A stretch of 63,993 bases of DNA, filler included, from Phoronis australis (GCA_002633005.1; 6 parts of 6 records of this genome joined end to end with filler, not necessarily neighbours in it), one strand, 5' to 3'. Shown: positions 1 through 12,942, counted from the whole stretch's first letter. The notes: a model not told the origin generated them from the letters alone. Numbers and translations are program-made.

Positions 1-795
1 TTCTTTTGAACTTTCGCTTCACGTTCCGCCAGAGCCCCTCGATGTTATTGGTGTGGCAGGTGGAGTCCGCCTGGTCTACGAAGTTCAAGTTGTGGTTCAC
101 CGAGCCATGCAAGTACCCAAGTTGGTTTAATCCGCGCTAAGCTTGCCATTCATTGGTGATGATACGAGTGCCCAGTCTGATGTGGGCTCGGATGATTGGA
201 AGAAGCGTTGCTGCGTTTCGACGATTTACAGGTACCAGGAACATCTCAGTCTTGGCTGTCCTATTCACGCCGCCAACCACACATCTTCCGTCAACGTGCC
301 ATCCTCTGTTGTACTTTCTCCTTCCAAATTTCGATTCGTCGATCTGAAAGATAATGTAAATGTAGGAGATCTTTCATTTCCAAATTTAAGTAATATTTGA
401 AATGAAAAGGCGGTCAACCGTGGATTTTTTATTGTAAACATTTTAAATATTTTTGGTAACGGCGACTTTTAGACGCGATTAGCTTTGGGAGGTCTGTGCT
501 TTATTAAAAACTATAAAATAACCTTTATATTTTACTATCAACATTTAATTGAACAGGGTTTACTTTACCATATTGATAGCGATCGAGAGTTGTATGTTAG
601 TTTCTCACCTCAACTATGGTCCCGGAACCTCCAATTAGGGCGAAATTGTTCACATAATCCACCTGGCATACGTCACGCATGAAGTTATTCCAGTCCACTG
701 GTGGAGTTGATGCCCAGCTCATGCCTGATGGTTGCCATGGGCAACTTATCCATAGACCGCAAGTAAATGAACTGCGTCAGTCTATCAAGGGTCAC
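1..795 (-). mobile_element. Merlin (IS1016/ISXO2-like DDE) DNA transposase remnant, two exons (about 609-795 and 1-343), decayed
   Basis: Minus-strand translation gives ...VDWNNFMRDVC...IGGSGTIVE | IDESKFGRRKYNRG...RNAATLLPII...IITNEWQA*..L...Y.HGSVNH..NFVD.....HTNNIEGLWRNVKRK, the ISXO2/Merlin motif series. GT-AG intron at 344-608; one stop and one frameshift. Confidence 0.9.
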
Positions 796-796
796 C

Positions 797-893
797 ATGA
801 AAACAATACTCACACACAGGGACAAACACAGACAGCACCGCATGACGCCACACAATGAAAGAATACTACATTCACAACACTCCTCCCGTTCCT
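797..893 (-). mobile_element. Gypsy LTR 5'-end remnant preceded by a polypurine tract
   Basis: Minus strand reads AGGAACGGGAGGAG directly followed by TGTTGTGAATG at 879. The same ~70-nt segment recurs at about 5180-5247, downstream of another Gypsy copy. Confidence 0.65.
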
Positions 894-1106
894 AAAAAAC
901 AGGAGGGGTCGGTAACATTCACCTGAAGACATGAAAAAACTAAAAACAAATTCCCATTCACTCCCCCCTACCAAGTAAATGTTAGAGGACAAACAGTCGT
1001 ACCAGATATTATGGAAGGAAGAAACTCATTAAAAAAACAAACACACAAAAAACTAAAAGGGGCATTATACCTGATGTGACGTTAGTAACACTCCACAACT
1101 AACACA

Positions 1107-1916
1107 TACCGTCAGAGGTTCTAAAGTCGTGAGTCCCATAAAGTCGTGAACGATCTTATTTCCTCTTCTGCACGGTCCTGCAACATCTGGCGTTGAAGTT
1201 TCCAGCGTTCGTCTGCTTACAAACGTCAAACGAATACCTGGACGTGTTCGTATTCACAATATGATAACAAACAGTGAGTGAGTGGCTTCTTTTTTCAAAT
1301 GTATCGTAAAAACAGCATATTTCACTAATTCACTTTTTTGTGCATTTTTGGGATATATTTTTGAAAATATTTATCGTTCAGATTTACTCAAACACGCGCT
1401 CCAGGGGTAGCTTGAACAATGAATCAAAATGTCCCAGGGTCGATCAAGTTTTGTAAGGCCAAAACAATAAAATACGGAGCGATAATTGATGCTGGGTTCT
1501 TAGCATTTTACGTGAGCAACCTCAGTGAAAACGTCTGTGCACATCAAAGTTGGGTGCAAAACATATAACAGTTTATTTCAATTGAGACTGAATCACTAAA
1601 CAATACAATGTATTTTTATGTCGTCTAGAGTAACTATAAGCTCTGTAGTTGACTTGTTTGGTCATACTTCGTGCATTTCAGTCTAAACGAAACGTTCACG
1701 ACTTTACGGCCTCATTCAAAGTGGCCGGCAATATCAGCGACTGTTTTAAAACTCTGCTTACGGATACAAACAAGGATTAAGATTGTCAAAACACGTATAT
1801 TTGTGAAGGCTGATATATGTCCATGACATCACATGAGCAGTTGCAAATGGACATTGGGTAGTATGACAATCAACTGCTTATTATGCTTATATTCACGACT
1901 TTAGGTAACCGGTGTA
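1107..1916. mobile_element. Non-autonomous DNA transposon/MITE inserted in the Gypsy 3' region
   Basis: Imperfect inverted termini share CTAAAGTCGTGA (left about 1121, right TCACGACTTTAG about 1894). A-rich Gypsy 3'-UTR-like sequence resumes on both sides. Confidence 0.5.
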
Positions 1917-2225
1917 TAAACCCAAAAGAAACTCCTAAACACAATGGCCTGAAAAAAACTAAAAACAAAACCTACTGACTCTAAAAAAACAGGGCGTCAC
2001 AGAAAAACATAAAAAACCCTCCTAACTACCCTAAAGTAGGAATCTAACACAAATAAAAACTCAAAACAAAGAAATACAAAACAAACAACAAAATCATACA
2101 GGAAGTCCGAACAGGTATGCGATGAAAATGCCCCTAAATGCAAGACAAAGAGGCATAAAAAAAAAAACAAAACAAAAAAAAAAAGAAAACCAGCGCTATA
2201 CCTACACCCGCTCACGAGTAGCTTG

Positions 2226-4913
2226 CCTGGAAATGACGCGCTTTAGAAGTAAACCCGAAAAGCTCATGGCTTGCACTGAGGACACAGATAAATGTCAATC
2301 TCACTAGCGTCATTAGCTGTAATATTAACACACTCCCCGTGAAGCCAATCGTCACACGAATCGCTCTGAATCATGAGACCTTTGTGAACAGGTTTACGAC
2401 AGATGCAAAAAAGTTCTGGGTCCCCGTCCCCGGTATTGGTGTTAATGCCATTCCCAGCAGAAATGACCATCATTAGCCAATCAGGTAACTCAGTATGCTG
2501 CGTCGTGCACAATTTTATTTTGTCATGATGAATTACCGAAACCGAATTCTTAGCTCTTACCCGATACAATGCTGGAGTCAAGACTTCTATAATAATACCC
2601 GGTCCCTTCCAACTTTTTACATTTTCCTTTTGCAGTTGCCAAATCAAAAATGTACGCAAGATCACCAAGATGAAACGCGCTTAAACACCAAAAGATCATA
2701 ATCCCATTTCATCAAAGATTGATTAGTTCGAAGAAATTGAAGCACCGTTTCATGAGCCTTGCTTATCGCCCCTTGGAGCCTCCTGACATAGTCACCAGAT
2801 GGCTAATTATTGACTAACGTAACAACCAGAAAAAGAAGATCCATCGGCTGATTTACTTCTTGTCCCAACATCATGTTTGGAGAAAAACCAGTATGGCAGT
2901 TGACTGACGAGCGAATTGCCCCAGCAATCTGCAGAACATTCATATCCCAGTTGTCCTGATAATGATCCACGTGACATCTCACTGCGTCTATGGGAGTGCG
3001 ATTAAACCGCTCCGCCTGCCCATTTTATATTTGCAGATGGACGGTATGGAGTTGTTCACGACTTACTTCCGTGCAAGAGATCGCACCGCGACTTGAAAAG
3101 TTTGCTCTCGAAATTCCTTTCCTGATCTGAAAAGATGTGAAACGGATACCCAAACCGTGTGAAGAACTCGTTGACCGCCGCATGGGCCGTGACCGTGGCT
3201 TTTTGGGAAGGTAACGGAATGCATTTGACCCATTTGGTGAATTGATCAACGATCATCAAAACATGTTCATTACCGCGGGGTGTCACGGGCAATGGCTCCA
3301 GAAAATCTACATGAACCCCTTCCATCGGCGCACCAGCATGATAACGAATCATCGGGATGTTATGATTCGTCTACACATGCAAATTCTGACCCAGCAGATA
3401 GCGTCCATATTGATGAGAAAAACGGACCATAGCCAATAGTTCTTTCCTGGTTGTGCAATACCGCTTTTGCTCATCCACCAACGTAAAACTCGAATACGAG
3501 ATAACTTTCTCCTTGCCATTCTGAATTTCAGACAAACAAGCACCAATCGCAAGATTAGAGGTGTCACAATCAAGAATAAATTCATCGTAATTATTGGGTA
3601 ACAACAACACAGGTGGTGATATTAAAGCCACCTTAAGCTCTTCAAAAGCCATTTGCTGCTTCTCCCCCCACGCAAAGGGAGAGGAACCAGTGACTTGGTA
3701 AAGTGGTACCGCAATGCGAGAAAAATCCTTGATAAAAATATGGTGATGATTTGCGAAACCAAGAAACTTTGACACTGTTTTTTACTTCGCGGAACAGGCC
3801 AGGTCTTTACCTTGTCAATATTGTCTTGACCCATTTCTAACCCCTCAGGGCCAACCCATCGACCTAAGAATTCCACGCGTTTTTTTGAAACCGAACATTT
3901 CTTGGGTTTCAGCCTCATTTGATATTTCCTAAAACGACCAAACACCCCGATTTTGTTTAAATGAACTTCAAAACTAGAACCCAGGAGCAAAATGTAGTCG
4001 AGAAAAGCAAGAACTGTGTGCCAGTTTAGCCCCCGCAAAACTAAGCTCATTGCTCACGAAAAGGTTGATGGAGCCCCACTGAGCCCAAAAGGCATTGAAT
4101 TGAATTCGAAAAGACCATATTTAGTTATGAAAGCAGTTTTCTTAAGATCTTCTTCTGGTATTTTGATTTGCCAGTATTCCGAATTAGCATCTAGCTTGCT
4201 GAAGCACGCAATAACCCGCAAGTAAATCAATGAACTCGTCAATCAATGGTTAAGGCCAGGAGTCCTTTTTGGTTACCTGATTCAGCTTCCTGTAGTTAAT
4301 ACAATAGCGTACTGAACCATCAGTTTTCTTTCTGATTAAAACCGGAGCCGCAGCCCACTCACTAATAGACGGAGTAATCACACCAGCCTTGAGCGTTTTG
4401 TCAAGATGACCCTCCTCCTCCGAAACAAAACAACTTGGAGTACGCCGCATAGCCATTTTTGTTGGTCGAGCATCTCCTGTATCGATTGCATGCTCTACGG
4501 CTGTAAAATTGCCCAAATCCATATCACCGCCTGCAAACACATCAGCTTAATCAAAAAAGTAATCGATGTAATTTTGGCGACTCGTCCGAAAGTGAAACCC
4601 TAGATTTTTCGAAAAGGCCCTGAAGTTTGGATGGTAACTTAGTCTGGTCTTTACCGACATCTGACTGATTTTGTTCACCAAAAACCTTTTTAACTGAAAC
4701 ATTACCTTCATCGAATGGAGTAACAGAGTCCAATGGAACCTCAGTCCAGTCATTAACACTTAGCACTGAACCCAGTGGTGTACCAGCTACCAGCCTAATT
4801 TGATGCTCTGAAGTGTTGAAAATAATCAAGGCTGGGTCATCCTCAAAATTATACAAAGCGCGAGGTACTGACAGTCGCGGATCTAGATTCATTAAATCGG
4901 CTTCAACCAGCAC
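2226..4913 (-). mobile_element. Ty3/Gypsy LTR retrotransposon pol pseudogene, copy 1 (RT-RNase H-integrase-GPY/F-PHD)
   Basis: Frameshifted ORF chain: IDTGDARP...SEWAAAPVLIRKK.DGSVRYCINYRKLN; FSKLDA..EYWQI...KTAFIT..GLFEF..MPFGL; FILDCDTSNLAIGACL...KRYCTTRKELLA; VHVDFL...LMIVDQFTKW...IFSDQ.RNFES; WKGPG...HHDKIK; then a C-terminal PHD finger. Confidence 0.95.
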
Positions 4914-4943
4914 TGTTGACTGAAATTTTGGGTTCTTTACACA

Positions 4944-5164
4944 TTTAAAGGCGAAGGCAACCTTATTTCATGTCACTTTTAGCAAAAATAAGGTCTGTTG
5001 ATTATCCCAGACATATTTTGCACTTAATTACAGCTTTTCGTAATTTAATTAATTTCTCGTCCTCTACTCCGGAAGTGACGTTTTAGGAGGCAAAAAATTC
5101 GCGCCAATTTCTTTTCATACAGTCAGACTGTGAGAGCTGTCAAATCAGTCATTGTTCTACCTCG
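4944..5164 (+). mobile_element. Kolobok-like DNA transposon end fragment
   Basis: Begins TTAA|AGGCG and aligns by eye over about 215 nt with 48713-48930. Confidence 0.55.
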
Positions 5165-5165
5165 A

Positions 5166-8100
5166 GACACACACGTTCTACACACAGCGACGAACACAGA
5201 CAGCACCACATGATGCCACACAATGAAAGAATACCACATTCACAACACTAACATCAAGAAAAGGACATCACAACATAGAGATGCCATAGCCGAGTCTGAC
5301 GTCAACATTTACTCCATTCCTCCCTTCCCTAAGGAAAGGGAGTGCATGTATGGCTGCACAGGATAGGCCCCACATAACAGGTTGCAGAGATCCAGTAGAT
5401 CCCTACAATATCTTATCTCGCGATCTACCACTAACCTGTAGAGCATCGACAAGGCTTCAAATCTTACTCGATGCAGCGCGAGGTCGGCCGGCGTAAACGA
5501 TGCGTATATGCATGTCGACGTAAATTCTTCTACTCTGTTTGGTCTCCGGGAACTTGGAAACCACAAAGAGGGCAAGAGAGGTCCTCGCATTGTGGAGGAG
5601 CAGAAAAAAGTCTCTGAACCAGCCTTAGGGCGGGTGGAAGACTTCACTGGGCCTCCCGTGGAAGATTTTTTTTGATTTTTGAGATGTCTCCTCACCACCC
5701 ACCTCCATGGATAAAGAGGGTTGAGACTCTGTGGCCACACGGGTGGATGACAGGGGATCATCCAAAACGGAATCGTCCAGATCTACCTCTGAAGAGAAGG
5801 TCGTGGAGGGTTCCTGAGGAGATGGTCCACTACTTACAGATGACGCCGGCACCAGCATACCCTCACCCTCAGGGATGGGCGCGACAGTGACGGCCGTTTT
5901 AGTTGATACCTGGTTAAGGGAATTTGCATTACCCTGAAGATTGGTAGGTTCGGATTGTCTTTAAGTCCCACATCTTGACAGAAGGACCTATAAATAAAGG
6001 AGAAATTAACATGATAAGTAAGACCAACTAGCGGGCTTGCACCGAGGGCAATAATATCTGTCGATGGTAGGTGCCACCTCACTGTTGACTCCGACGCAAC
6101 TACCTTGATACCATTTGTCGCAAAAGTCACATTGAATCATGAAACCTCCGTCATCCGGGTGGCGACACACACAGAGTTCTGGTCATCATCAACAAAAAGG
6201 GGACTGGTAGAATTACCCACAGCTAACATCTGCTTAATCCGGTCAGGCAACATTTCCACTTTATCATTACACATCTTTAATCGATCATGATTAACAGTGG
6301 AAACAGGATTCTCAAGTCGGATCCTGAAAAGAATGGGCGTGAGAACATCAATAACAATGCCAGGACCTTTCCAAGGTAGACTCACTGTCTTACATTTGTC
6401 TTTAATGACTGCGGTGTCAATAATATGTACAACGTCACCCGTCTTGAACGAGCGACGATGTGCCCCAAGGTTGTAATCGTGCTTCATACAGGCTTGGGTA
6501 GTTGACTAGGGTCTTCCTGACCACTTCATGTGCGATAGAAATCCTCTTTTGAAGAGTGTCAACGAAATCAATAGGAGAAACAGGGTCCTGCCCTTGTGCC
6601 ACTGGATACATGAGAGAAACCGGATGATTAATCTCACGGCCCAGCATAAGCATGTTGGGAGTGAAACCTGTCTGCCTATTAACTGAAGACCTAATAGCAC
6701 ATGCGATCTGCGGCAAGAAAAGGTCCCAGTCATCTTGACTAGTAGAAACATTATGTTGCACAGCAGCCATCAATGCACGATTAAATCTTTCCACCTGACC
6801 ATTGGATGAAGGGCTGTAGGGAGTAGTGATTGTCTTGTGAATCTGCAAAAGTTTACAGACATTAGTAAACAAAGCACTCTCAAAATTCCTATCGTCATAT
6901 GTAAAGGGCTGGAAATTGAACCAAACCTTGTAAGAAATTCATTTACCGCTGCAAAAGCAGTCAAATCAGCAGTTTGGGCAGGCAGAGGAATACACTCTAC
7001 CTACTAAGTGGGATCCACCATCATGAGTATGAGCGCATTACCCCCTGGAAGTCATATGAAAAGGCCCCATAAAATCCAAGTCAATGCATTCCATAGGAAC
7101 ACTTGCGTGATACCGGTTCATAAGGGAACCTTCTGTGCCTACTCCTACCCTGCTTGTAATGGTTACAGGAAGAACAAGAGTCTATGTACGTCTTGATGTN
7201 ATAAGTAAGACCAACTAGCAAGCTTGCACCGAGGGCAATAATATCTGTCGATGGTAGGCGCCACCTCACTGTTGACTCCGACGCAACTACCTTGATACCA
7301 TTTGTCGCACAAGTCACATTGAATCATGAAACCTCCGTCAACCGGGCGGCGACACACACAGAGTTCTGGTCATGATCAACAAAAAGGGGACTGGTAGAAT
7401 TACCCACAGCTAACATCCGCTTAATCCGGTCAGGCAACATTTCCAATTTATCGTTACACATTTTTAATCGATCATGATTAACAGTGGAAACAGGATTCTC
7501 AAGTCGGATCCTGAAAAGAAAGGGCGTGAGAACAATAACAATGCCAGGACCTTTCCAAGGTAGACTCACTGTCTTACATTTGCCTTTAATGACTGCGGTG
7601 TCAATAATTTGTACAACGTCACCCGTCTTGAACGAGCGACGATGTGCCCCAAGGTTGTAATCGTGCTTCATATAGGCTTGGGTAGTTGACTAGGGTCTTC
7701 CTGACCACTTAGTGCGTTAGAAATCCTCTTCTGAAGAGTGTCAACAAAATCAATAGGGGAAACAGCGTCCTGCCCTTGTGCTACTGGATGCATGAGAGTA
7801 ACTGGATGATTAATCTCACGGCCCAGCATAAGCATGTTGGGAGTGAAACCTGTCTGCCTATGAACTGAAGACCTAATAGCACATGCGATCTGCGGCAAGA
7901 AAAGGTCCCAGTCATCTTGACTAGTAGAAACATTACGTTGCACAGCAGCCATCAATGCACGATTAAATCTTTCCACCTGACCATTGGATGAAGGGCTGTA
8001 GGGAGTAGTGATTGTCTTGTGAATCTGCAAAAGTTTACAGACATTAGTAAACAAAGCACTCTCAAAATTCCTATCGTCATATGTAAAGGTCTGGAAATTG

Positions 8101-8545
8101 AACCAAACCTTGTAAGAAATTCATTTATCGCTGCAAAAGCAGTCAAATCAGCAGTTTGGGCAGGCAGAGGAATACACTCTACCTACTAAGTGGGATCCAC
8201 CATCATGAGTATGAGCGCATTACCCCCTGGAAGTCATATGAAAAGGCCCCATAAAATCCAAGTCAATGCATTCCATAGGAACACTTGCGTGATATCGGTT
8301 CATAAGGGAACCTTCTGTGCCTACTCCTACCCTGCTTGTAATGGTTACAGGAAGAACAAGAGTCTATGTACGTCTTGATGTCAGCTGTCATGCCACGCCA
8401 ATAAAAACTATTCATAATATGTGAGACTGTCCTATCAACATCCTGATGACCAGACGATGGGACATCATGGTTTAATTTAATGGCATCATCAACCAACGAG
8501 GATGGCATCTCAGTAAACAAGGACACCTCATCATACCAACGTACC
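5166..8545 (-). mobile_element. Gypsy element copy 2: integrase (HHCC, core, GPY/F, PHD), downstream extra ORF and LTR remnant; the integrase-PHD block appears twice
   Basis: HDVPSSGHQ...FYWRGM.ADIKTYI.SCSSC; TTPYSPSSNGQVERFNR; TGFTPNMLMLGREI; WKGPG; PHD CVCRHPDDGGFMIQCDFCDKWYQGSCVG...YYCPRC. 6012-7199 is nearly identical to 7201-8380, joined at a single n (7200). Confidence 0.92.
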
Positions 8546-8549
8546 CACT

Positions 8550-9720
8550 GTGAGCAAAGGGGCACGGACACGCGTGCCATCAAGCACAAAATTATTAACC
8601 ACAAAAACACAAAAGCTGGGTTTTCCAGACGGCCCTCTGGCGCACAAAGACGGAAAGTACCGGCCAACCCATTACTCGACATATCAAGAACATTGATGCG
8701 TCATCCACTATCTAACAGATGGCACATGTGATAAACTGCGGACTACCAAATCGCCAATGTCCACCAAGTCACTATATGAAACCAAATCCCTGCCTTTGAC
8801 ATAGGAGAAAAAGCGAAGAACTGGGCCAGCGCACCGAAGCTGCAACCCAGGGAATGCAAGCACGTGAACTGACGACGTGTTAAATATTTTTGGGAGTTGC
8901 AGTTGTGCATGTGCACAAAACTCAGCCTCAGAACCTGTAGAAGAACACAACGGACACGAAAAGGAAGGCAGTGAAAGGCACACAGAACCCACCGAGCTCT
9001 CACTGGACAACTCCGAAAGTCCTATAGAACTAACCAGCACCTCGATCGGCAACTGCACATTTACTCCGCCAGTCATACACTCTGATTCAACTTGAACTTC
9101 CCTAGACTTACCAGCCAATGATTCAACGTCCATAGGAGCCACCTCAACGGACCTGGACTCGACTTCAATGAAAGTAACCGTAGAAAGGTTTAGATTCGCT
9201 CGCAAGCGATTATCCAAACACGTGAACTTGAAATCTGTAATAAATAACGTAAATAGATTATCATTAAATCATAGTAGTCCTATGGTTTGCACCGAGGACA
9301 CTAATTAATGCCAATTTCACTTGCATCATTAGCTGTAATATCAACGCATTCCCCATGAAGACAATCATCACAACAGTTGCACTGAATCATGATCCCCCCG
9401 TGATCGGGTTTACGATAGACGCAAAAAGTTCTGAGTCCCCATCCCCGGTATTGATGTTAATGACATTCCCCACTGAAACAACCCTCTTCAGCTAGTCAGG
9501 TAAATCAGTATGTTGGGTTGTGGACAATTTTATCCTGTAGTGATGAATTACTGAAACTGAGTTCTTAACTCGATACAACGCTGAAGTTAAGACTTCAATA
9601 ATAATACATGGTCCTTTCCATGGAGGTGATAATTTTTTATACTTCCCTGTTATAATCACCGAGTAGAAGATGTGCACGAGAGCGCCAATATAAAATACGC
9701 GCTTCAGAATATATCCTTGG
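8550..9720 (-). mobile_element. Gypsy element copy 3: pol 3' end (GPY/F + decayed PHD) and downstream ~175-codon extra ORF
   Basis: KKLSPPWKGPC...HHYRIKL, then CVYRKPDHGGIMIQCNCCDDCLHGECVDITANDASEI..*CPRCKP* ending at 9280, then ORF 8708-9234. Confidence 0.85.
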
Positions 9721-10278
9721 CAATTTCTTCAGAAACCCCAGAAATTTCTTGCAAATCTTCCACGGCACTTATTGGTACTTTACCAGCAGCCATAATTATT
9801 AATTGATATCAAGCCCACTAGTTAGTTTAATACTTCTGATAAAACTGAAAACCCCGCACAGAATCAAGGGAAACCTAAATTGATAATTAAAAACAAATCA
9901 AATATATTATTTACTCACTGTAATCTCGTAAGAGTAAACGGCAAACAAACAGCAATATAGCTACAAAACACTAGAAAACATGGGGCTTATGTGCTACCCT
10001 GCCCCACTCCGGAAATGTACGGGTGCAAAAAGTAATGCACCAGTTGTAAGTTGTCACTCCTGACTAAATGCCGGCTGCCAAATGTAGTAAACACCGCCTG
10101 CAAGCAGGTAGTTTAAGAAGTATCCAGGTAGTTTAAGAAGTATCCAACTTACCAGAATTGATGTGACACTCGCCAAGATGGACGCTCTAATTTATGGCCG
10201 TCAAAACTAATGCATGTGATGACTCCTCTGTATTAACAATGGAATGACACCCAAGTTTTCTCGAAGAAGAGCGTAATG

Positions 10279-11193
10279 TTTAAAGATATTAATTTGTTTT
10301 GTTCACTTTGTACTGAGATCAATCCAAAGGTGTGTGTTCATCACTCGCCGCTTTGTACCAAGGATAGAATATGATAAAATCTCACCAATTTTGAATAGTG
10401 ATTGCCCAATATTGACCCTTTTCATTTTTCAATGGCTTCTTGCTTCGTGCGAATGCCCACTGTGTTTCAAAATATTGTCTTATTATAGCTATTGTACAGA
10501 ACTTGAACATGGTGTCAGAGGCATTTATTTGGTGCTTCATATCTTTCATTGAAAAAATGATGAAATAACATTTCACCCTACAGTGCCCCAAATTAGTGAG
10601 ATTTTTCCGTAACAGCTGACTGATACATGAACTTGTATTAGTGACACTAAGATCTGTATAGCTGATTGTTAATCAACCCTGGAGTTTTCCAAGTTTGTGA
10701 TAACTGAGGGTTGAGTACATTTCACTCTGACCTGAAANTAAAGATATTAATTTGTTTTGTTCACTTTGTACTGAGATCAATCCAAAGGTGTGTGTTCATC
10801 ACTCGCCGCTTTGTACCAAGGATAAAATACGGTAAAATCTCACCAATTTTGAACAGTGATTGCCCAATATTGACTCTTTTCATTTTTCAATGGCTTCTTG
10901 CTTCGTGCGAATGCCCACTGTGTTTCAAAATATTGTCTTATTATAGCTATTGTACAGAACTTGAACATGGTGTCAGAGGCATTTATTTGGTGCTTCATAT
11001 CTTTCATTGAAAAAATGATGAAATAAAATTTCACCCTACAGTGCCCCAAATTAGTGAGATTTTTCCGTAACAGCTGACTGATACATGAACTTGTATTAGT
11101 GACACTAAGATCTGTATAGCTGATTGTTAATCAACCCTGGAGTTTTCCAAGTTTGTGATAACTGAGGGTTGAGTACATTTCACTCTGACCTGA
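10279..11193. repeat. ~458-bp direct duplication joined at a single n (probable allelic overlap in the assembly)
   Basis: 10279-10737 is nearly identical to 10739-11193, with an n at 10738. Confidence 0.85.
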
Positions 11194-12121
11194 AATGTAT
11201 TTTGCATTAGGTTGCTCTGGGGTTACCCAGTGTGAATTATTTTTGTAGGAACTGTCACAGAACCCCTTCTTTAGAAATACGCCACTCAATCCAGACGAGC
11301 CGGTGCCCCCGGCGTTTCAGAACGTAATCGATTGGTTGTACGAAACAGATGACCAAGTGGGTAGGTGGAAGTTGATTTAGGGAGACAGTAGGAACTATAT
11401 TGCATATATTTATCGACTTAGATAGTTTCGTGGACTTGAGTACATCCACCATAAGTCCAGCGCCACTCACACACAATATTTTTTTACTCATTGATCAGTG
11501 TTTTACGTGATACACGTGCATCTAGTTCTGGATTTAGGCACGGCTTCTCGTACAAGCTCACGTGGCAGTGAAGTTCACATGTTCAGTTTTCATTCCGACC
11601 ATTTCCTGTATTTAAGCAGCTATAAACCTACAATACATTGCAATAGACCGCTTGCCGTTATGAAATTTGTCTCAAATTGTTCATAAATCAAATTGGAGGT
11701 GCTGTCTGAGTTTTGAAAGAACTGACAGTTTGTGATCAGACTAATTGAGTTGATTTGTCAGGGAGTACCATTGTATGCTCTTCGCGTAGTCTCGAACAAC
11801 AAGGGACTGCCAGTTCATTGCGAGCCCAGAAATCTCTTCTCATTAGAGTAAGGGACAAGTTGAGACCAATTTTACAGTGGTAAGTAGTCTAAATTAAGTG
11901 TTACTTTCTTGGACATAACATAACGCAGGTTTGTAACCACTTTAGTAGCAAAGGCATACAAGCTGCGAACATGTCATTGATGTGACTGCTGACATGCTGC
12001 TGCGAATCATTTTCAGAAGGGTAGGCTTCATTAACGGTACCTATTCTTCCGCATCCATTTTTTGTATGCATAGATTTTATGCTACAAGACCTTAAAAATT
12101 TTGATGTTTCTTTCATTTTAG

Positions 12122-12283
12122 AGTTAGCTCGCAACTATAAGGACGATGGTAACTACAACTTCAAGATGTCCAAGTACAAGTGGGCGATCGACAGTTACAC
12201 AGAGGGTTTGAAGGCCAAATGTAAAGACCTCGAACTCAACGCCATCCTCCATGCTAACAGGGCAGCTTGTCACTTCCGATTGG
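12122..12283 (+). CDS. TTC4: TTC4/Cns1-family TPR co-chaperone, internal exon
   Basis: ag|(E)LARNYKDDGNYNFKMSKYKWAIDSYTEGLKAKCKDLELNAILHANRAACHFRL(G)|gtgagg; matches the TTC4 TPR1-2 pattern. Confidence 0.9.
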
Positions 12284-12942
12284 GTGAGGGGGGGGGGAAC
12301 TGCTGGACTTATTGTAGTTTTAACAATATGTGCAGGGTTTACCCTGGCCTGTCAGAAAAATGTGCCCTTTTAAAAACTGGCGCTTCATTTGTGTTCAAGC
12401 GTTTGTATAGAATCTTTGTATCTGAATATCTGACCAGACTGCAAAGGAATTGAGATCTTTTTTGAAACGATACTCTGTTCATTACATTACACAAAATAAC
12501 TGTTAGTAGTAAAATTAACACTCATTTGAAACTTCATAATTGGTGATGGAATTGGTGGCAGTGACTTGGGGGTGGGTTATTGCATAACTGTAGAAAATTT
12601 CCCAATTCACATTTGCTTTAATGCGAGTGAAGGGCCTTGCTGGAAACTACTTGTATGTCTACTGTAGGTCCATAATCTTTTTTTGATTAAAAGTGGTTGC
12701 TATTTTTTTTATACCTGATTGTCGGCCATTCACCTGTTGTAAACGCCTGCAAGCAAGCCATAGGGACAAGTTAAACAGGTCGTAGGGACATGTTAAGCAG
12801 GTCATAAATACATGTTAAACCTGTGGTGGAGGACACTAAATATATGAAAGCTGGTCCAGTTATTTTGAGTGTTTGTTGATAAACAATTTAGACATCCTTC
12901 ACCTTCTGTCTGTATTACACTTATGCCCAATTGATTTTGCAG

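Noticed and set aside
6012-8380. Retrotransposon with a genuinely duplicated integrase-PHD
   Set aside because: The two copies are nearly identical, share the same lesions and join at a single n; an unmerged allelic overlap is more likely.
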